From a virus (taxonomy: Duplodnaviria > Caudoviricetes), in the IMG/VR virus record IMGVR_UViG_3300028833_000075, positions 64,001 to 128,000 of that record: a DNA stretch of 64,000 nucleotides. One strand, written 5' to 3'. Within the stretch, counting starts at the first letter, position 1. Each line of letters starts with the position of its first letter. The notes under the pieces were generated by a model, which was not told the DNA's origin, ran no database searches, and saw only the letters and a program-made list of their open reading frames with translations. Below, piece by piece: positions 15,001-21,064 of the stretch. Position numbers and translations under genes: made by a program.

Positions 15001-17312
15001 TTACTTAAAAACCCTTTATCTGTTTCTACTCCATACATTCCGCCAACCATATCCAAAACATCAAAAAATCTATCTTGAATTGCAGAATGTCCTAAGTTTT
15101 TATAAAAAGGAGTTTTATTCATTGAAACATCAATAGCAGCTTGATATTTCAACAAATCAACAAAATCCTCATCAAATGTTTTTAATCCATTGCTTTTATA
15201 AGCGTTTCTTACTGCTTCAATCCCTTTTTTGTTATACAGCTCCTTCATTTCTTTTGGTGCGTTCCATGCAGGAACCATAAATTCATCAATGTCGCCATAT
15301 ACATCTCGAATCATTTTTTGAAAATCCACCTGCATGGCAGAACCTTTAAATCCTGCAGAACGAACGGTCATTGCTTTAGCTGGAAGATAACCCGGCATAA
15401 CCATCATTCCACCGTCAAATCCGGTGATTGAATTAAAATCGACAAATGCGGTATCATTCTTCGCTGGCATTTTGCCGCCCAAAGAACTAAATGGGACAGC
15501 TGGAGTATGTAAACGATTTCTTGCGTCAATTGGTTTATTTAAGTCTTTTACTGTAATAAATTCTTCATCATCACTAACAAGATTCTTAAAAATATCAACG
15601 CCATATTTATCAATAAATTGACTTGCTTTTTCGATATAGGCGGATTCTTCCGCTAAATCTATTATTCCGTTTTTATGAATTCCGGTTGGAACATATGTTC
15701 CATGTTCACCATGATTTATTGTCGGATATGAGAATGTGTTTCCACCTGGCGTTTGAATCGTTTTGCTGTTTTTCTCACTGAACAACTCTGTGACAAAAGC
15801 CATAGTTTCAGCATTTGGTTTTACTCTTCCGTTCTCGAAAACAAGATCGCCGTTTTGATTTTTTTCAAATAAACGATCTGTTAAATCAAGTTGAAGCATT
15901 TTACGTGGACCTGAATCAGAACCAAATGAGTTATGCCCAGACATACCTAATAAATTTGTATATATCGAAGAAGAAATCATTCGGTTAACAGATTTGCCTG
16001 CTGCTCTATCGTTATATGCAAATTCACGTCCTGCTTTATCGTCAAGGATTACGCCATTTTTCAAGTCATCTAATGTTAAAGACATGATTTGGAAATAATC
16101 TGGACGAACAGATACAGGCGAATCTACAGCTACTGAATTATCTATTGACCTGCCATATTTTCTTGGTTTATCAACGTACAAAGGCTGATAAATTGGAATT
16201 TTTTCAAGATCTCTTAATGCGCCATATACTTCTGTTACTGTTCTTGATGTTTTTCCCGCCATTGCAATTTGTTCATGGTCGTCAGAATTCAATAACGAAT
16301 GTCGATGCATCGGTGCCCCTTCTAGAGCAGGCCGAAGAATGTCTCTGTCCAAAAACCCTAACGCTGTCGCATACTCACTTTCTTTTATAGGTGTTTTTGG
16401 CATTATAAGTTGACCAGCTTTATTGTCAATTGTTCCTCTTCGAGCAACGCCAGCCATTAACAGAGCGTTTTCTAATGCAGGATATTTGCCTGCTGCATTT
16501 TTTAAGATATCATAATCTTCTTCAGACATATTTCCAGCATACGCCTTACGTCTCGATCCAACAGAATAAGGAACTGAAGTAGGCACATCTGGAAAATTGC
16601 GATACTTTTCTGGCATTCTTTCTTTATACGTGGAATACTCAGGAAGAATAGAAAGTCTTTTTATTGTTCCTTTTGATTTATCAATTGCCGATTGATAAAA
16701 ATCTTCTCTTGCAAAAGAAGGCGTTACCATATTGATAACACCTTGAAGTAATTCAGATACCTGGTCGTCGGAAAATCCAAATTGTCCTGCAATTGCGTCC
16801 ATACCTTTTTTAAAAGGTGCGTGAGATTTTAGTATTGATTCGTAAGCGCTATTTGTTTGTGGCCCCATAGACCTATAAGTTCTTGTAATAACATCGGAAG
16901 CTGCCCTCGAAATATCTGCAAATTCAGATTCAAACCCTTTTGTCATAGACTTTGGGATTGATGTAAACATTTTCCCAAAGTTACCAGAAGTAGAAAATAA
17001 AGTTTCAACGCTTGAAGATAAAAACGCAATACCCTGCTTTAATCCTGAAATCATATCAGAACTAATCGAACTGCCTAAGCCCAAATCTTTCATTGTTGAA
17101 ACAAGTGCATCCCGCTGCTGTTTTATTGTAGAAAGCATGGAATCAACAAAAGAAGACATCATAGCAGGAGCATCTTCCGGTAAAAACGATTTTTTATCTA
17201 TGTTTGCTAAAGAAAATGATTCATCTAATGATTCAAGTTGTGTTTTACATGAATTTAATTCTCCAGCATCAATTGGATTAAGTTTAGGATTAATTTCAAT
17301 TTCAATTGCCAT
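1..17312 (-). CDS. Giant tape-measure protein (>5,770 aa, 3' end outside window) with N-terminal two-barrel RNA polymerase domain and PD-(D/E)xK nuclease domain
   Basis: ATG at 17312 behind AAGAAAGGA RBS (MAIEIEINPKLNPIDAGEL...). Same frame reads open wherever I translated it (1-60, 8000-9000, 12650-13270, 14340-14580, 15330-15450), and the ORF track lists no stop-terminated ORF in this frame. TP901-type tape-measure core at ~8000-8900 (ETLYRQGL...AADIVTSLGDSAATNASEI...AGRTLNTIIGRM); lies downstream of tail tube and chaperones. Confidence 0.9.
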   Translation of the reverse strand, partial: MAIEIEINPKLNPIDAGELNSCKTQLESLDESFSLANIDKKSFLPEDAPAMMSSFVDSMLSTIKQQRDALVSTMKDLGLGSSISSDMISGLKQGIAFLSSSVETLFSTSGNFGKMFTSIPKSMTKGFESEFADISRAASDVITRTYRSMGPQTNSAYESILKSHAPFKKGMDAIAGQFGFSDDQVSELLQGVINMVTPSFAREDFYQSAIDKSKGTIKRLSILPEYSTYKERMPEKYRNFPDVPTSVPYSVGSRRKAYAGNMSEEDYDILKNAAGKYPALENALLMAGVARRGTIDNKAGQLIMPKTPIKESEYATALGFLDRDILRPALEGAPMHRHSLLNSDDHEQIAMAGKTSRTVTEVYGALRDLEKIPIYQPLYVDKPRKYGRSIDNSVAVDSPVSVRPDYFQIMSLTLDDLKNGVILDDKAGREFAYNDRAAGKSVNRMISSSIYTNLLGMSGHNSFGSDSGPRKMLQLDLTDRLFEKNQNGDLVFENGRVKPNAETMAFVTELFSEKNSKTIQTPGGNTFSYPTINHGEHGTYVPTGIHKNGIIDLAEESAYIEKASQFIDKYGVDIFKNLVSDDEEFITVKDLNKPIDARNRLHTPAVPFSSLGGKMPAKNDTAFVDFNSITGFDGGMMVMPGYLPAKAMTVRSAGFKGSAMQVDFQKMIRDVYGDIDEFMVPAWNAPKEMKELYNKKGIEAVRNAYKSNGLKTFDEDFVDLLKYQAAIDVSMNKTPFYKNLGHSAIQDRFFDVLDMVGGMYGVETDKGFLSKTDSISRQVTQNLDLTPEEIESNNKKWNEYIQTLRTNPAKTIDMLFSNPDDPLAQRVQKDKSLFFSDPEARKRVDDAILKAMDDRRNQRLYSKGDAINALALNNPFELISAIAGKQKVKLRPKNTHLANALSLKGKGDADAVALASWADTLELGGWRYPNNLGEQFELLNSKEYIDALDKYQMSRDAMIVNMNTIKKMGGGDVDGDTIQAVRKKLAETVKRTYESRGKNIEKLNTSVKSDDDIPLTENGKARKVQASDYADILYRKAASVFDMAAVSNANDALAQGNWSDPEWARFAQQAGVDLRAMYDIDTTFAKTGILAKWSHSANQARKMGTPYVRMFKNLQGAIEEGDFSKVKDFSQVNFPSRYSNLTTSAIAAGMDNPYSDNIINQFIQMQEHLQGIKNLENSENPVDLAKAKYLRKNNEVMAQFVSNRAQFVSQKDEDEMLGYLANWETLVNTELQKTKITEPGNKDKINSWMDQLHDVQFQRGRMRHLKEFGLTEQAKLRGEGFIPFSGLAKGRVTGETSLFDQSFNAEQDAIKARMNAISGGDEALLAAQKASAEKAVTSEQIQNLLSRNFSWSQLHSIEKETAGPLNWYKKYIENEQKPTTPIQLLGTALHETQSYWAKRRMENNEDYGTPEEMVDYVNNYLKNWQDPDTRQKLFPELPTEDSPLYDEKVKTRYKEIVEAAKQFPNLLRDQKIVGTEKNGGVVHPNFGTDQNGNRLKTIGYVDVVSEDANGVRTNWDLKNGFDHDSSLIGVHKFDQPVVYAGANGAQRAGIISYKGGKLETQSIEVTPELVSSVEDRMAKISSAIIPLAGKKDILGEILNGYFDPYLLPNVVRGSVRQMPSGGPLSSEFITQAATAAGAPIPNGVNVGVQNTGELTSAFSNRNYIDEQIERYEAIQNKLRSRELGYDKTRPSRSQWDNYAYMYSPEGYMDVTTRMRNRNASPDEIALFQTSFNTGREQFEKTLRAGATGDLANFSESIAEKIYTHNTTSSAKRILNERKSIDEDFERAQAAYNLLYNKENKTPEDEKALKEAEQQLQASEEMKESYEKILSEDATKSMQMDVEKILVSSMGKNAPIDQKISLRVAAFNQQREQILTSLENLHQNDIIKEDDYNRLTEMLNSATEEDYRTELKQESLVSRSKVAMNAQALIDRLSTSKALGVPATTPLPSQQLPPQKTEEERLQEEEQARLAEQQRLEEEQRKAEEARIAQEKAEAERQAALEAEQKRAEEAKAAQEKAEADRQVSIQEAKAKAQTSYDAKAAALQASRDSQLSELTPKEAEVATNLAAAQKSLDELRALPAAEKGTLPTTFDDQLKALQQSDQEIKENAQKKLNGIKEKEKAETSPELEQANKKAEAIRDKSIAENNAKYEETIKPLKDRLTEINNYKAQEESSKQQALSMIESEETKGLNDALADIEAQRKDNDRKNIENEKQIEDNYNNALETYKERREKAYTAADLSLEEKLARIENDDYTGYDKYEKQRRIEAANRDHGKDIAYADEKYRQRIETENELKTKAYEEEKERYEKRESSLYEKERTIKSEYSSPDRTENFERQKENIRKIHDTNIKSTEEEETRIKESLQKAEKDRDKANDEANNKYNTQIKENKEIIAKEQTAAINKEINDVEKDRDAVLAKNQEQREAIEVQKAAAERKLEDAYKSQSGDRAQKIQDAEQRVADLTKQQETLATERSNILSTYEQGMAAASKERDASLAAAENIPPVQIPVPQSTNAGKIGEAITEGTRQAIQATADQVRTEIPASAETPDAQPISSAVQESVSEIGKSEIEQALTKIETPTARMQIGAQLQADQERLEVFNQMKALEQYKQPDGTFEQPFMQDMYDRLNGYYNGDWAGRKDEIAENMMFNQNRAIDIQNQQIGRMETQNDLAHQQREHAAAVRRRNRYGQPGSMLINKLRSDADQRFSLGQQIASLNLNKTAEEEKLQRYREDFNKLSPEQQKSKEGAQLAGQIKESETKIAGYKSAIQDTTNEMNKFGGASSIMSAGLSKINTGLSRVMQRLGRQIFMKAINEAKRFVQEFDKSMTSIQMITLKSDSQMSTLGDGLIAKAKELKVSIGEITKSAETLYRQGLSDEEVDERLDVITKFSKVSGTDVNAATKLITVAMNTGLVTDPSQAADIVTSLGDSAATNASEIEKGIEKAGAAAAADGTTFAELASMLTAITSTTQIGGNTAGRTLNTIIGRMNKIGTNELIYDENGNAVSGSAVAKLLKQQGIEMYDQQGNKKSTYDTLYALSQKWEGMTDAEQQQIANAIAGTRQYSNFSAIMMGMSEGKVDEYMQLSGKSEGIVDEKNEIRMHSLQASIDTVRTAWDEMVNKMVDTGQFEVLAESIANIITGLGQIVGWLSQMKLLAPVILGLIGAIKGAQFGWVGALVGAATGAAAGAYLQNVQSPSSSSSFASEKKTYAKVTEDTAKEFSKNSKQSSLDRAKVLYEKGNSKTEDEINEYRKILKSFAVDVGISDELQQSISDSSGGLKDLSSSIALLGEISTTSSDNLDKYYQDLKDREEQKEKEIKAKAIKDNLVSGTLNDELTTKTEKSARTLVLYETNENGNEEITPELQNYFRIENGEVKSTFLDVFNGEGSKRDKVINLGEMFSYYGNTTWEDGFLDYLETTYKDAGQFTEEMENALSGIRTYYRNYIDFDNDRSHYLGVSDPKDEELLNSISLYNLGVLSQAYGTWLSTQQGDLPGEAHYVADTGSIIGDIIAASTEGLLPEEVTNKIKMSGSYLDSLRGENETLDEFVVRHYGLADGFNYDSFVAQVENDYLEGAETQGLARLDQVSRGSYYNKNGERITPEQAQAEYKSRYNKMATDVINDYLSRGVDYSEIFDVNDPNFEKIQNAAPEDLTLAISNYIDAGGKIIKDAADEINQEAEKIKNDYELVPNRILGLNQFYSQPKGWEEKNEAAVSADFIISQLDNYDNITDFMNFANTNSEAYTALQSLAMNNPDFQEVFNSIVGTYDEETGTFNAPDGIAQLRRVLNRSGLYNNTGYVEQKTQANIARSALTKLNQGAYHSEAEKEKAYEAAGVNQLKKELEDAEEAVRQAQNIPADKTEVYKDNEGILRTRNVAETKQTEATEQRDKIQSQYNEAVEKTDRPVLTQEERTALQPIIGNELLDKIGRYENGDESLINRLITNYGNGINGLTNRDKLAGIKELSGYIQDNKLVGYSKESAKKYLEGFSGAPELLALLTSEEPLTSDQEELLSTLLQQFNNYKNNLEISIEVEGLKALEETGDLLAGTAASVEKLRKGGKIALDEILNIQNNAFATKQQYSQFKNGSTQAEKDEAAMSILGMDSTQFYSNYEANMELAENMADQQRKALGEQLWTQYTNANWSDRNRIQKIARNLGFGLNLRQWTDIGVPDQDWINPATGQKLGYTDLQKASYARKLIRGDASVLEGGANFDKELYNAAYESLGFYGKEYQNRLNSTDAAVRASAAEYKTLAEAEARQAEIDAEEQERLNRAKLGATSFAGALNYANVRYEQNNKAGIAANNLFAQLDGQKVDNVRKLMDVLGQGNADDWKNLLESSDDVRKVFEDLGVAIGENGKLDFSGVTASGEQLDAQFRILAESVANASEAYKKIQEVLTTGESYDRAQEYLKGEGIEEKGFEALSQVTGNQQLAQAVRNARVRYDEQLEEYNAFQRLTFAEQNQYALQHEGVVPQNPGVFDWASELTDQDKEYAKIIMQNLENGGIGLTDYDRYEKLDEILNSQDRNLRGFYKDDTIGAYKDYTQGIEGADMWLAASMALEEYGLKMEDLANLEPGDLFNKAAEAVETYYGSVENAILADKDFKDGLIELKNKAFRPYKKETDEVISRFKQLRGSTKDQLEAQKQMAANRDAFAKATYFKENYGTSKVSNKSLAEYLGWTEEQVKANPLKAKAQLDLEFEADQQAIINDVNAVIESIESEVGDIPIEDFGPHFNINGTYDIGQLEAVAAEATGEAKRVINAIIASLAGTEGSVTFGAFGNGNSVRIASSNIRSAGGGYKGGGGGGGGKSKVDALLEGQQHYVKRREHFVNMSQKAETHYERMNDYQSYINSLNDEMNAQQALYSQYEANMAEMEKMKETVKEGSEDWYKLQESIDSTREAMAGITDTIDEINGKKINITETKQGYEDKPLSHATSMLQLKAQNYMDRGQFESYAVVTRQQIANYRTDIAMNNAQMAEWEDLIKEYEEGSQNWMNVRDKIWEIKEQNAELENKVLEDTHALNEAIVSQIATDLQNAMAPVTHEQNMLSTWGGMYQRNEQFGAYRSTLAQNNDYYQLNVAMYQTAIAELQAQMATLEEGSQAWYNARDAVFEYEEAIATATSSVQENNEAIQESYITELVNSYAQAEDAIAHQINMAKTTAERYDNDNDFANYQNMIREEMNLTNESLDLSRRKLADMEELLNGGALEEGGTQWKDLNKQIFELRETINSTEGAYENLVRQLEQDQLEHIIERFNERDEVAQHNIKMIQFEETRYQNNGELTNQNTMLTRENEEQEKRADLIREQIALLKEQQEVTKPGSENYKKITSEIMKMEEQLESTNQTIDKNTESIKKNVEQIHKIQQTLEQTVDKEIKDRIRLQREMLAGTVNIQDSILAQIRKRYTDEWNLIKKDIERKKQALNEEKNLINERLNARKNAADQEEKYERLAELQRQLGLISADPTRTKEAKELRKQITDLQKELSWDIATKEAEMATQAIDDQINAYSDYTAIYEENLGEMLEDARNFKDEMDVIMNGSFEDYVNYMREHDENYKNATDETRLQMEQGWEDTWKKMKGLTDTYWEEIDVTMASKDTFLEYMKQSQQYLNGSETDRWLLENQWSEMYDNYTKSTIDNASFDHNHEVVDAIDQLKDYTYDVRIADRSYSLGMYSSSLDYMYFRDKSIDPDAVNYDPNDQYSSVTGSYASLYDSYQKQLAKNEEYKIPQIIINAGGGGGGGGSSSNTSTDQSKYYEVYDDRGFRTNYVIKASSPNEAKAKASSSLGKHYSSGGSY

Positions 17313-17392
17313 AAATTTACACATCCTTTCTTATATATTTGACATTTGCTTATATTATTGGTAACATGTATAAAAAACAGGAGGTTAACATT

Positions 17393-17737
17393 ATGGAAAT
17401 TCCAGTTTGCCCCACCTGCGGTAATTCTATTTATATCAAAGAATACGAAAAAGATGGTTGCTATGTTTGCGCATATAAACCAAACGGGGAAGATGGCGGC
17501 ATATGCGGAAAAGTAATTGGTTGTATCTGTAACAGATGCGGCCAGCTTCTCGCAGAAGATAGATTTGGATTAAGGAATGACGTTTATGAATGTAAAATAT
17601 GTGGACAACCTCAATGGGGATACACAGAATACAAAAAATCAAGAAAAGAATTTGAAGACATGTTTTCAGATATGATGAAAAATCTTCAAAAAACACAGGA
17701 TGAACTAAGGAGAAAACTTGAAAGCTATAAAAGATAA
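17393..17737 (+). CDS. Small Cys-rich (multi CxxC) zinc-ribbon protein, opposite strand to tail operon
   Basis: GGAGG RBS before ATG 17393; CPTC, CYVC, CNRC, CKIC; TTGACA at 17339 upstream. Confidence 0.75.
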   Translation: MEIPVCPTCGNSIYIKEYEKDGCYVCAYKPNGEDGGICGKVIGCICNRCGQLLAEDRFGLRNDVYECKICGQPQWGYTEYKKSRKEFEDMFSDMMKNLQKTQDELRRKLESYKR

Positions 17738-17790
17738 AATTTGACTTACAAACTATAATAACACCAACAATAACTTATAGAGGTGATATA

Positions 17791-18039
17791 ATGACAGTAT
17801 TCTGTCCGAAATGCAATAGCCGCAACAACAATCCGAAGTATGCAAACGATCATTTTTACATATGCTCAGATTGCGGACATATTATCGGGTATGAATGCCA
17901 CGATAGATTCTACGATTATAATCACCTTGCATTTCTTAACAATGCGTTCGTTTGTAAAGAATGTGGAAAAATACAATGGGGTTATACAGAATATAAAAAA
18001 AAAGGGGAGAGATTGTTAATCTCTCCCCTTGATCGCTAA
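17791..18039 (+). CDS. Paralogous small zinc-ribbon protein
   Basis: GAGGTG RBS; CPKC, CSDC, CKECGKIQWGYTEYKK nearly identical to CKICGQPQWGYTEYKK of previous ORF. Confidence 0.75.
   Translation: MTVFCPKCNSRNNNPKYANDHFYICSDCGHIIGYECHDRFYDYNHLAFLNNAFVCKECGKIQWGYTEYKKKGERLLISPLDR
18002..18030. terminator. Intrinsic terminator between convergent genes
   Basis: AAGGGGAGAGATT-GTT-AATCTCTCCCCTT perfect stem with A-tract on its left. Confidence 0.7.
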
Positions 18040-18047
18040 TTTAGCTT

Positions 18048-18410
18048 TTACGCAAGAGTGTTTCCCTTTTGAACCTCATGATTAACCTTCATAAACTCGA
18101 TAACATTTTTAATGTAATCGTTTTCCTCTTCCAGCATAGCTGGATCAACCGTGGTAGTTATTAGGTCGTATACCCAATTTATAACTTCCTTCTTTTTACT
18201 GTCGGTTGCGTTTCGTTTTTCTGCTTCGAGCCGCAAAATATTTTCTACATCCCACCAGTCTGTAAGATAACTATCTTCCAAACTGTCAAGATTACTTTCG
18301 ATGTCCCGGCAAATAATATCTTTCCACTCCGGTTCAACATACCACGTTTCGTTATCTAACTGATGTATTGTTTTTTGCATAGCTTCGAAAATAAATTTTG
18401 AATAGAACAT
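18048..18410 (-). CDS. Hypothetical protein (tail operon)
   Basis: 120-aa ORF with AAGGAAGTG RBS. Confidence 0.65.
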   Translation of the reverse strand: MFYSKFIFEAMQKTIHQLDNETWYVEPEWKDIICRDIESNLDSLEDSYLTDWWDVENILRLEAEKRNATDSKKKEVINWVYDLITTTVDPAMLEEENDYIKNVIEFMKVNHEVQKGNTLA

Positions 18411-18587
18411 ATAGTCACTTCCTTTAATAAACCTTTACAATTTGACCGTCTCTATAACCGTTGTCGGCCGTCAAATAAATTTCGTCTCGAACTACAATCT
18501 CTGTAATCTCGTATCCGTTTTCAACAACCGGAAGATCCAATGGCAATTCTTCCAATGTTTCAATCAGTTCTCTTACGGTCATGAAAC

Positions 18588-19019
18588 TCACCGGCTCTTA
18601 CGTTTGTTGAAAAACTTCGGCTTTTCTTCTTTCGGGCTATCTTCCGGAACGACGCCTAATACATGAACGTGCTCTTTAACCGTAGACCCCTGAATTGCTT
18701 CCGGTTCGTCTGTTAATTTAACCTTTTCCGGATTAATTCCATGTTCCTTTGTTTTAACAGAATATGGATTTGGAAGTTTCTTTTCAACAATCTTGCGTAC
18801 ATATTCAATCATGCGGAGCTTTGAAACACGACCGTTAATTGCTTTATTTCGCCAAGCAGCACAGGCAATCTTAGCCATGCTGAAAAGTTCTTTTGCTTCA
18901 TTGTCTTCAAATGGAGCATCTTCAGATCCTTCAATCCAGTTTCGAGCTGCAGCGTTAAACGTTCCCTCGTCTTCGTTAATAGCGGATAAAACTCTTTCAT
19001 ACAGTTCATAATTACTCAT
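18588..19019 (-). CDS. Hypothetical protein (tail operon)
   Basis: 143-aa ORF with AAGGAG RBS. Confidence 0.7.
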   Translation of the reverse strand: MSNYELYERVLSAINEDEGTFNAAARNWIEGSEDAPFEDNEAKELFSMAKIACAAWRNKAINGRVSKLRMIEYVRKIVEKKLPNPYSVKTKEHGINPEKVKLTDEPEAIQGSTVKEHVHVLGVVPEDSPKEEKPKFFNKRKSR

Positions 19020-19032
19020 GTTAATTTCTCCT

Positions 19033-19323
19033 TTACTTTAAATATTCTTCGAACCAGCTCATATCGCCAAGTGCTTTTGTTGCCTGTTCTTTCTGATGTT
19101 CGCCAGATTCGATAACAGCCATTGCTCCTGGCATACTGAGGAATGTGGCAGCACTGTTTGTCGTACTTGCTTTGATAAGCGGATTTGCCTGTTGAATCAT
19201 CTTGTTGATTGCTTCTCCGCCCTTCTTGTCGAAAACGGTTCTGCCGAACAGGTTTGATATGGACTCGAAATTAATTTTCTTACCAATCGCTGCAAGGACA
19301 TCTTGAAAGAAAACGTAAGACAT
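19033..19323 (-). CDS. Tail assembly chaperone, gpT-like frameshift extension
   Basis: Frame is open upstream of the annotated ATG back to the slippery site of the preceding gene. Confidence 0.65.
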   Translation of the reverse strand: MSYVFFQDVLAAIGKKINFESISNLFGRTVFDKKGGEAINKMIQQANPLIKASTTNSAATFLSMPGAMAVIESGEHQKEQATKALGDMSWFEEYLK

Positions 19324-19391
19324 ATTGTTGATTTTTTCCTCGTCTACTTCGCCCAGGTGGGCAGCTACAGCCGCAACTGCTTCGTCTAAAC

Positions 19392-19943
19392 TTAGCGCTT
19401 CGCTTGCTCCTGGGCTTCCCTGTTTTTTCTTGCTGCTTCTTCTTTCTCGTCTATATGATTGATTCGACCGAATATTTTGATAATTCGATCGAACATCTCG
19501 GCGTCCATTTCGTTGTAATTATTCCGAACAAAATTGGAATCGTTGAAAGCCGCAACAAGAAAATCATATACCAGTTGATCCGCGTCACGATCTGGATCCA
19601 GTACGCCTTTTTTATAATTAAACAGCTCGTGAATTGGAACAACCTTGATAATCCCGTAACCTGAAGCACTCTTATTCCGGAAATACTTCAGCTTCGTGGG
19701 CTTGATTTCGATTTTTTGACCGTCGATTTCTACACAGTTTTCTTCTTTAAAATCTGACGGCATTTCCTTATTTTCGGAAGAAGCTTCTGGCATCTCTTCC
19801 TTTACCTTTGTTTCTTCCGGAATTTCAGGTTCTTTTGGATCTTCGTATTTAATTGTAAATCCTGTAGGTTTTTTTGTTGTTTGCTCTACTGGCGGCGGCG
19901 GAATTTCTTTTGTCGGCGTCGGCAGAGGAGTTGTTTTTGGCAT
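19392..19943 (-). CDS. Tail assembly chaperone (gpG-like)
   Basis: Between tail tube and tape measure; A AAA AAC slippery heptamer near its 3' end. Confidence 0.7.
   Translation of the reverse strand: MPKTTPLPTPTKEIPPPPVEQTTKKPTGFTIKYEDPKEPEIPEETKVKEEMPEASSENKEMPSDFKEENCVEIDGQKIEIKPTKLKYFRNKSASGYGIIKVVPIHELFNYKKGVLDPDRDADQLVYDFLVAAFNDSNFVRNNYNEMDAEMFDRIIKIFGRINHIDEKEEAARKNREAQEQAKR
19422..19428 (-). other. -1 programmed ribosomal frameshift site (A AAA AAC)
   Basis: -1 shift at AGA AAA AAC gives KQGSPGASEALSLDEAVAAVAAHLGEVDEEKINNMSYVFF..., continuous with 19033..19323. Confidence 0.75.
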
Positions 19944-19971
19944 TGTTATTCCTTCTTTCCTTCAAATAAAA

Positions 19972-20001
19972 AGGGGATACTGCAAGGTTTGCAGTATCCC
20001 C
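19972..20001 (-). terminator. Intrinsic terminator after tail-tube gene
   Basis: AGGGGATACTGCAA/TTGCAGTATCCCCT stem followed by U-tract on minus strand. Confidence 0.7.
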
Positions 20002-20059
20002 TCGGAGATTAACTAACTGAAACCTTTATATGAAATCCTTAATCGTTAGCAATCTGCGC

Positions 20060-20143
20060 TTACTTCTTGTAGTAAGCAGTGCTGTAAGCACCTTCGTCAT
20101 TCCGCTTAGCATCCAGAGCCTGCAGCTCAAAAGAGAACGTTGC
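20060..20143 (-). CDS. Major tail (tube) protein, exon 3 (ATFSFELQALDAKRNDEGAYSTAYYKK*)
   Basis: In frame with exon 2 after removing 20144-21141; follows intron terminal G. Confidence 0.8.
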   Translation of the reverse strand, partial: ATFSFELQALDAKRNDEGAYSTAYYKK

Positions 20144-20294
20144 CAATAAATGTTCAACGTGGGTCGCTAATCCACGTCCGCCTTTCGGCTGCTCTACGTC
20201 ACCGTAGAAGTTCAGATCATATCTTCACCCTATTTTTAGGGGCTTCCCATTTCGGATCGCTTGATCCTACGTCTTTCGACTGATCGTTAGGCTT

Positions 20295-20978
20295 TTATGA
20301 ACAAACTTTCTCATAATGATAACCTTTGTATTTTTTATTGAAACGAATTGCTCTTGAAAGATTAGAGATTAGCACACCAAGATAATCAGCACATTCCGTC
20401 ATAGAATTAAATTCTTGACCTGTTTCAACTATACGGATATGAATTTTCGATGCTTCTCTTGCGTTTTTATAATCTTCTTCAGTAAATGCGTGTACAGGAG
20501 GATGCTTTATAGAGTATTCACGCATACGTTTGCACATAGCGTCATATCTATCTTTCGGCATTTTCCTTCCTCTTTGGGATTCACTTATTTTACGTTTTGA
20601 TTCTTCTGAATGGTGTTTGCCTGTCATTCCGTTAGGTTTACCTTTTAATGCATCGCTAATTCTTTTTCTAATTTCAGGTGGATATTCCTGATGTTCTCCA
20701 CCTTCTTTTATGTTGTATCCATATTTATCATTGTTTGTCTGATATTCTTTTATGTATCTTCTTTCAAGTTCCATTGCTTCCTTTTCTGTTTCACATGTCG
20801 TAATGATTTCGTGAATGAAATCATTCCATCCATATTTTTTAATTGCGTGCCAGAAATGTACACAATTTCTATATCCACTTCCGTCGCCATTAAATCTTTT
20901 TGTCCATGGGTCTTGACATGTGATTCCAATATATTTCTTTCCAGTTGTTTTACTGGTATGCATATAAACAGTATACAA
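20295..20978 (-). CDS. Intron-encoded GIY-YIG homing endonuclease (NUMOD3/NUMOD1-type DNA-binding modules)
   Basis: VYMH...KKYIGIT...RF...GYNI; HHSEESKRKISES. Confidence 0.9.
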   Translation of the reverse strand: MYTVYMHTSKTTGKKYIGITCQDPWTKRFNGDGSGYRNCVHFWHAIKKYGWNDFIHEIITTCETEKEAMELERRYIKEYQTNNDKYGYNIKEGGEHQEYPPEIRKRISDALKGKPNGMTGKHHSEESKRKISESQRGRKMPKDRYDAMCKRMREYSIKHPPVHAFTEEDYKNAREASKIHIRIVETGQEFNSMTECADYLGVLISNLSRAIRFNKKYKGYHYEKVCS

Positions 20979-21039
20979 AGTATTATCCTCCTATTTATTT
21001 GTAGGAGATGTTGTTCATTTTAGCACGGTAGGTTGTCTC

Positions 21040-21064
21040 TCCCCTTTACGTCACTTTTCGAATG
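21040..21064 (-). promoter_or_regulatory. Phage promoter-like motif CATTCGARAAnnnAYGTAAWGGGGA inside intron, upstream of endonuclease
   Basis: CATTCGAAAAGTGACGTAAAGGGGA; one of five related copies in the window. Confidence 0.6.

Noticed and set aside
234-17364. Numerous short ORFs on both strands listed across 1-17 kb
   Set aside because: Antisense or off-frame shadows of the single giant minus-strand ORF; no RBS, implausible composition
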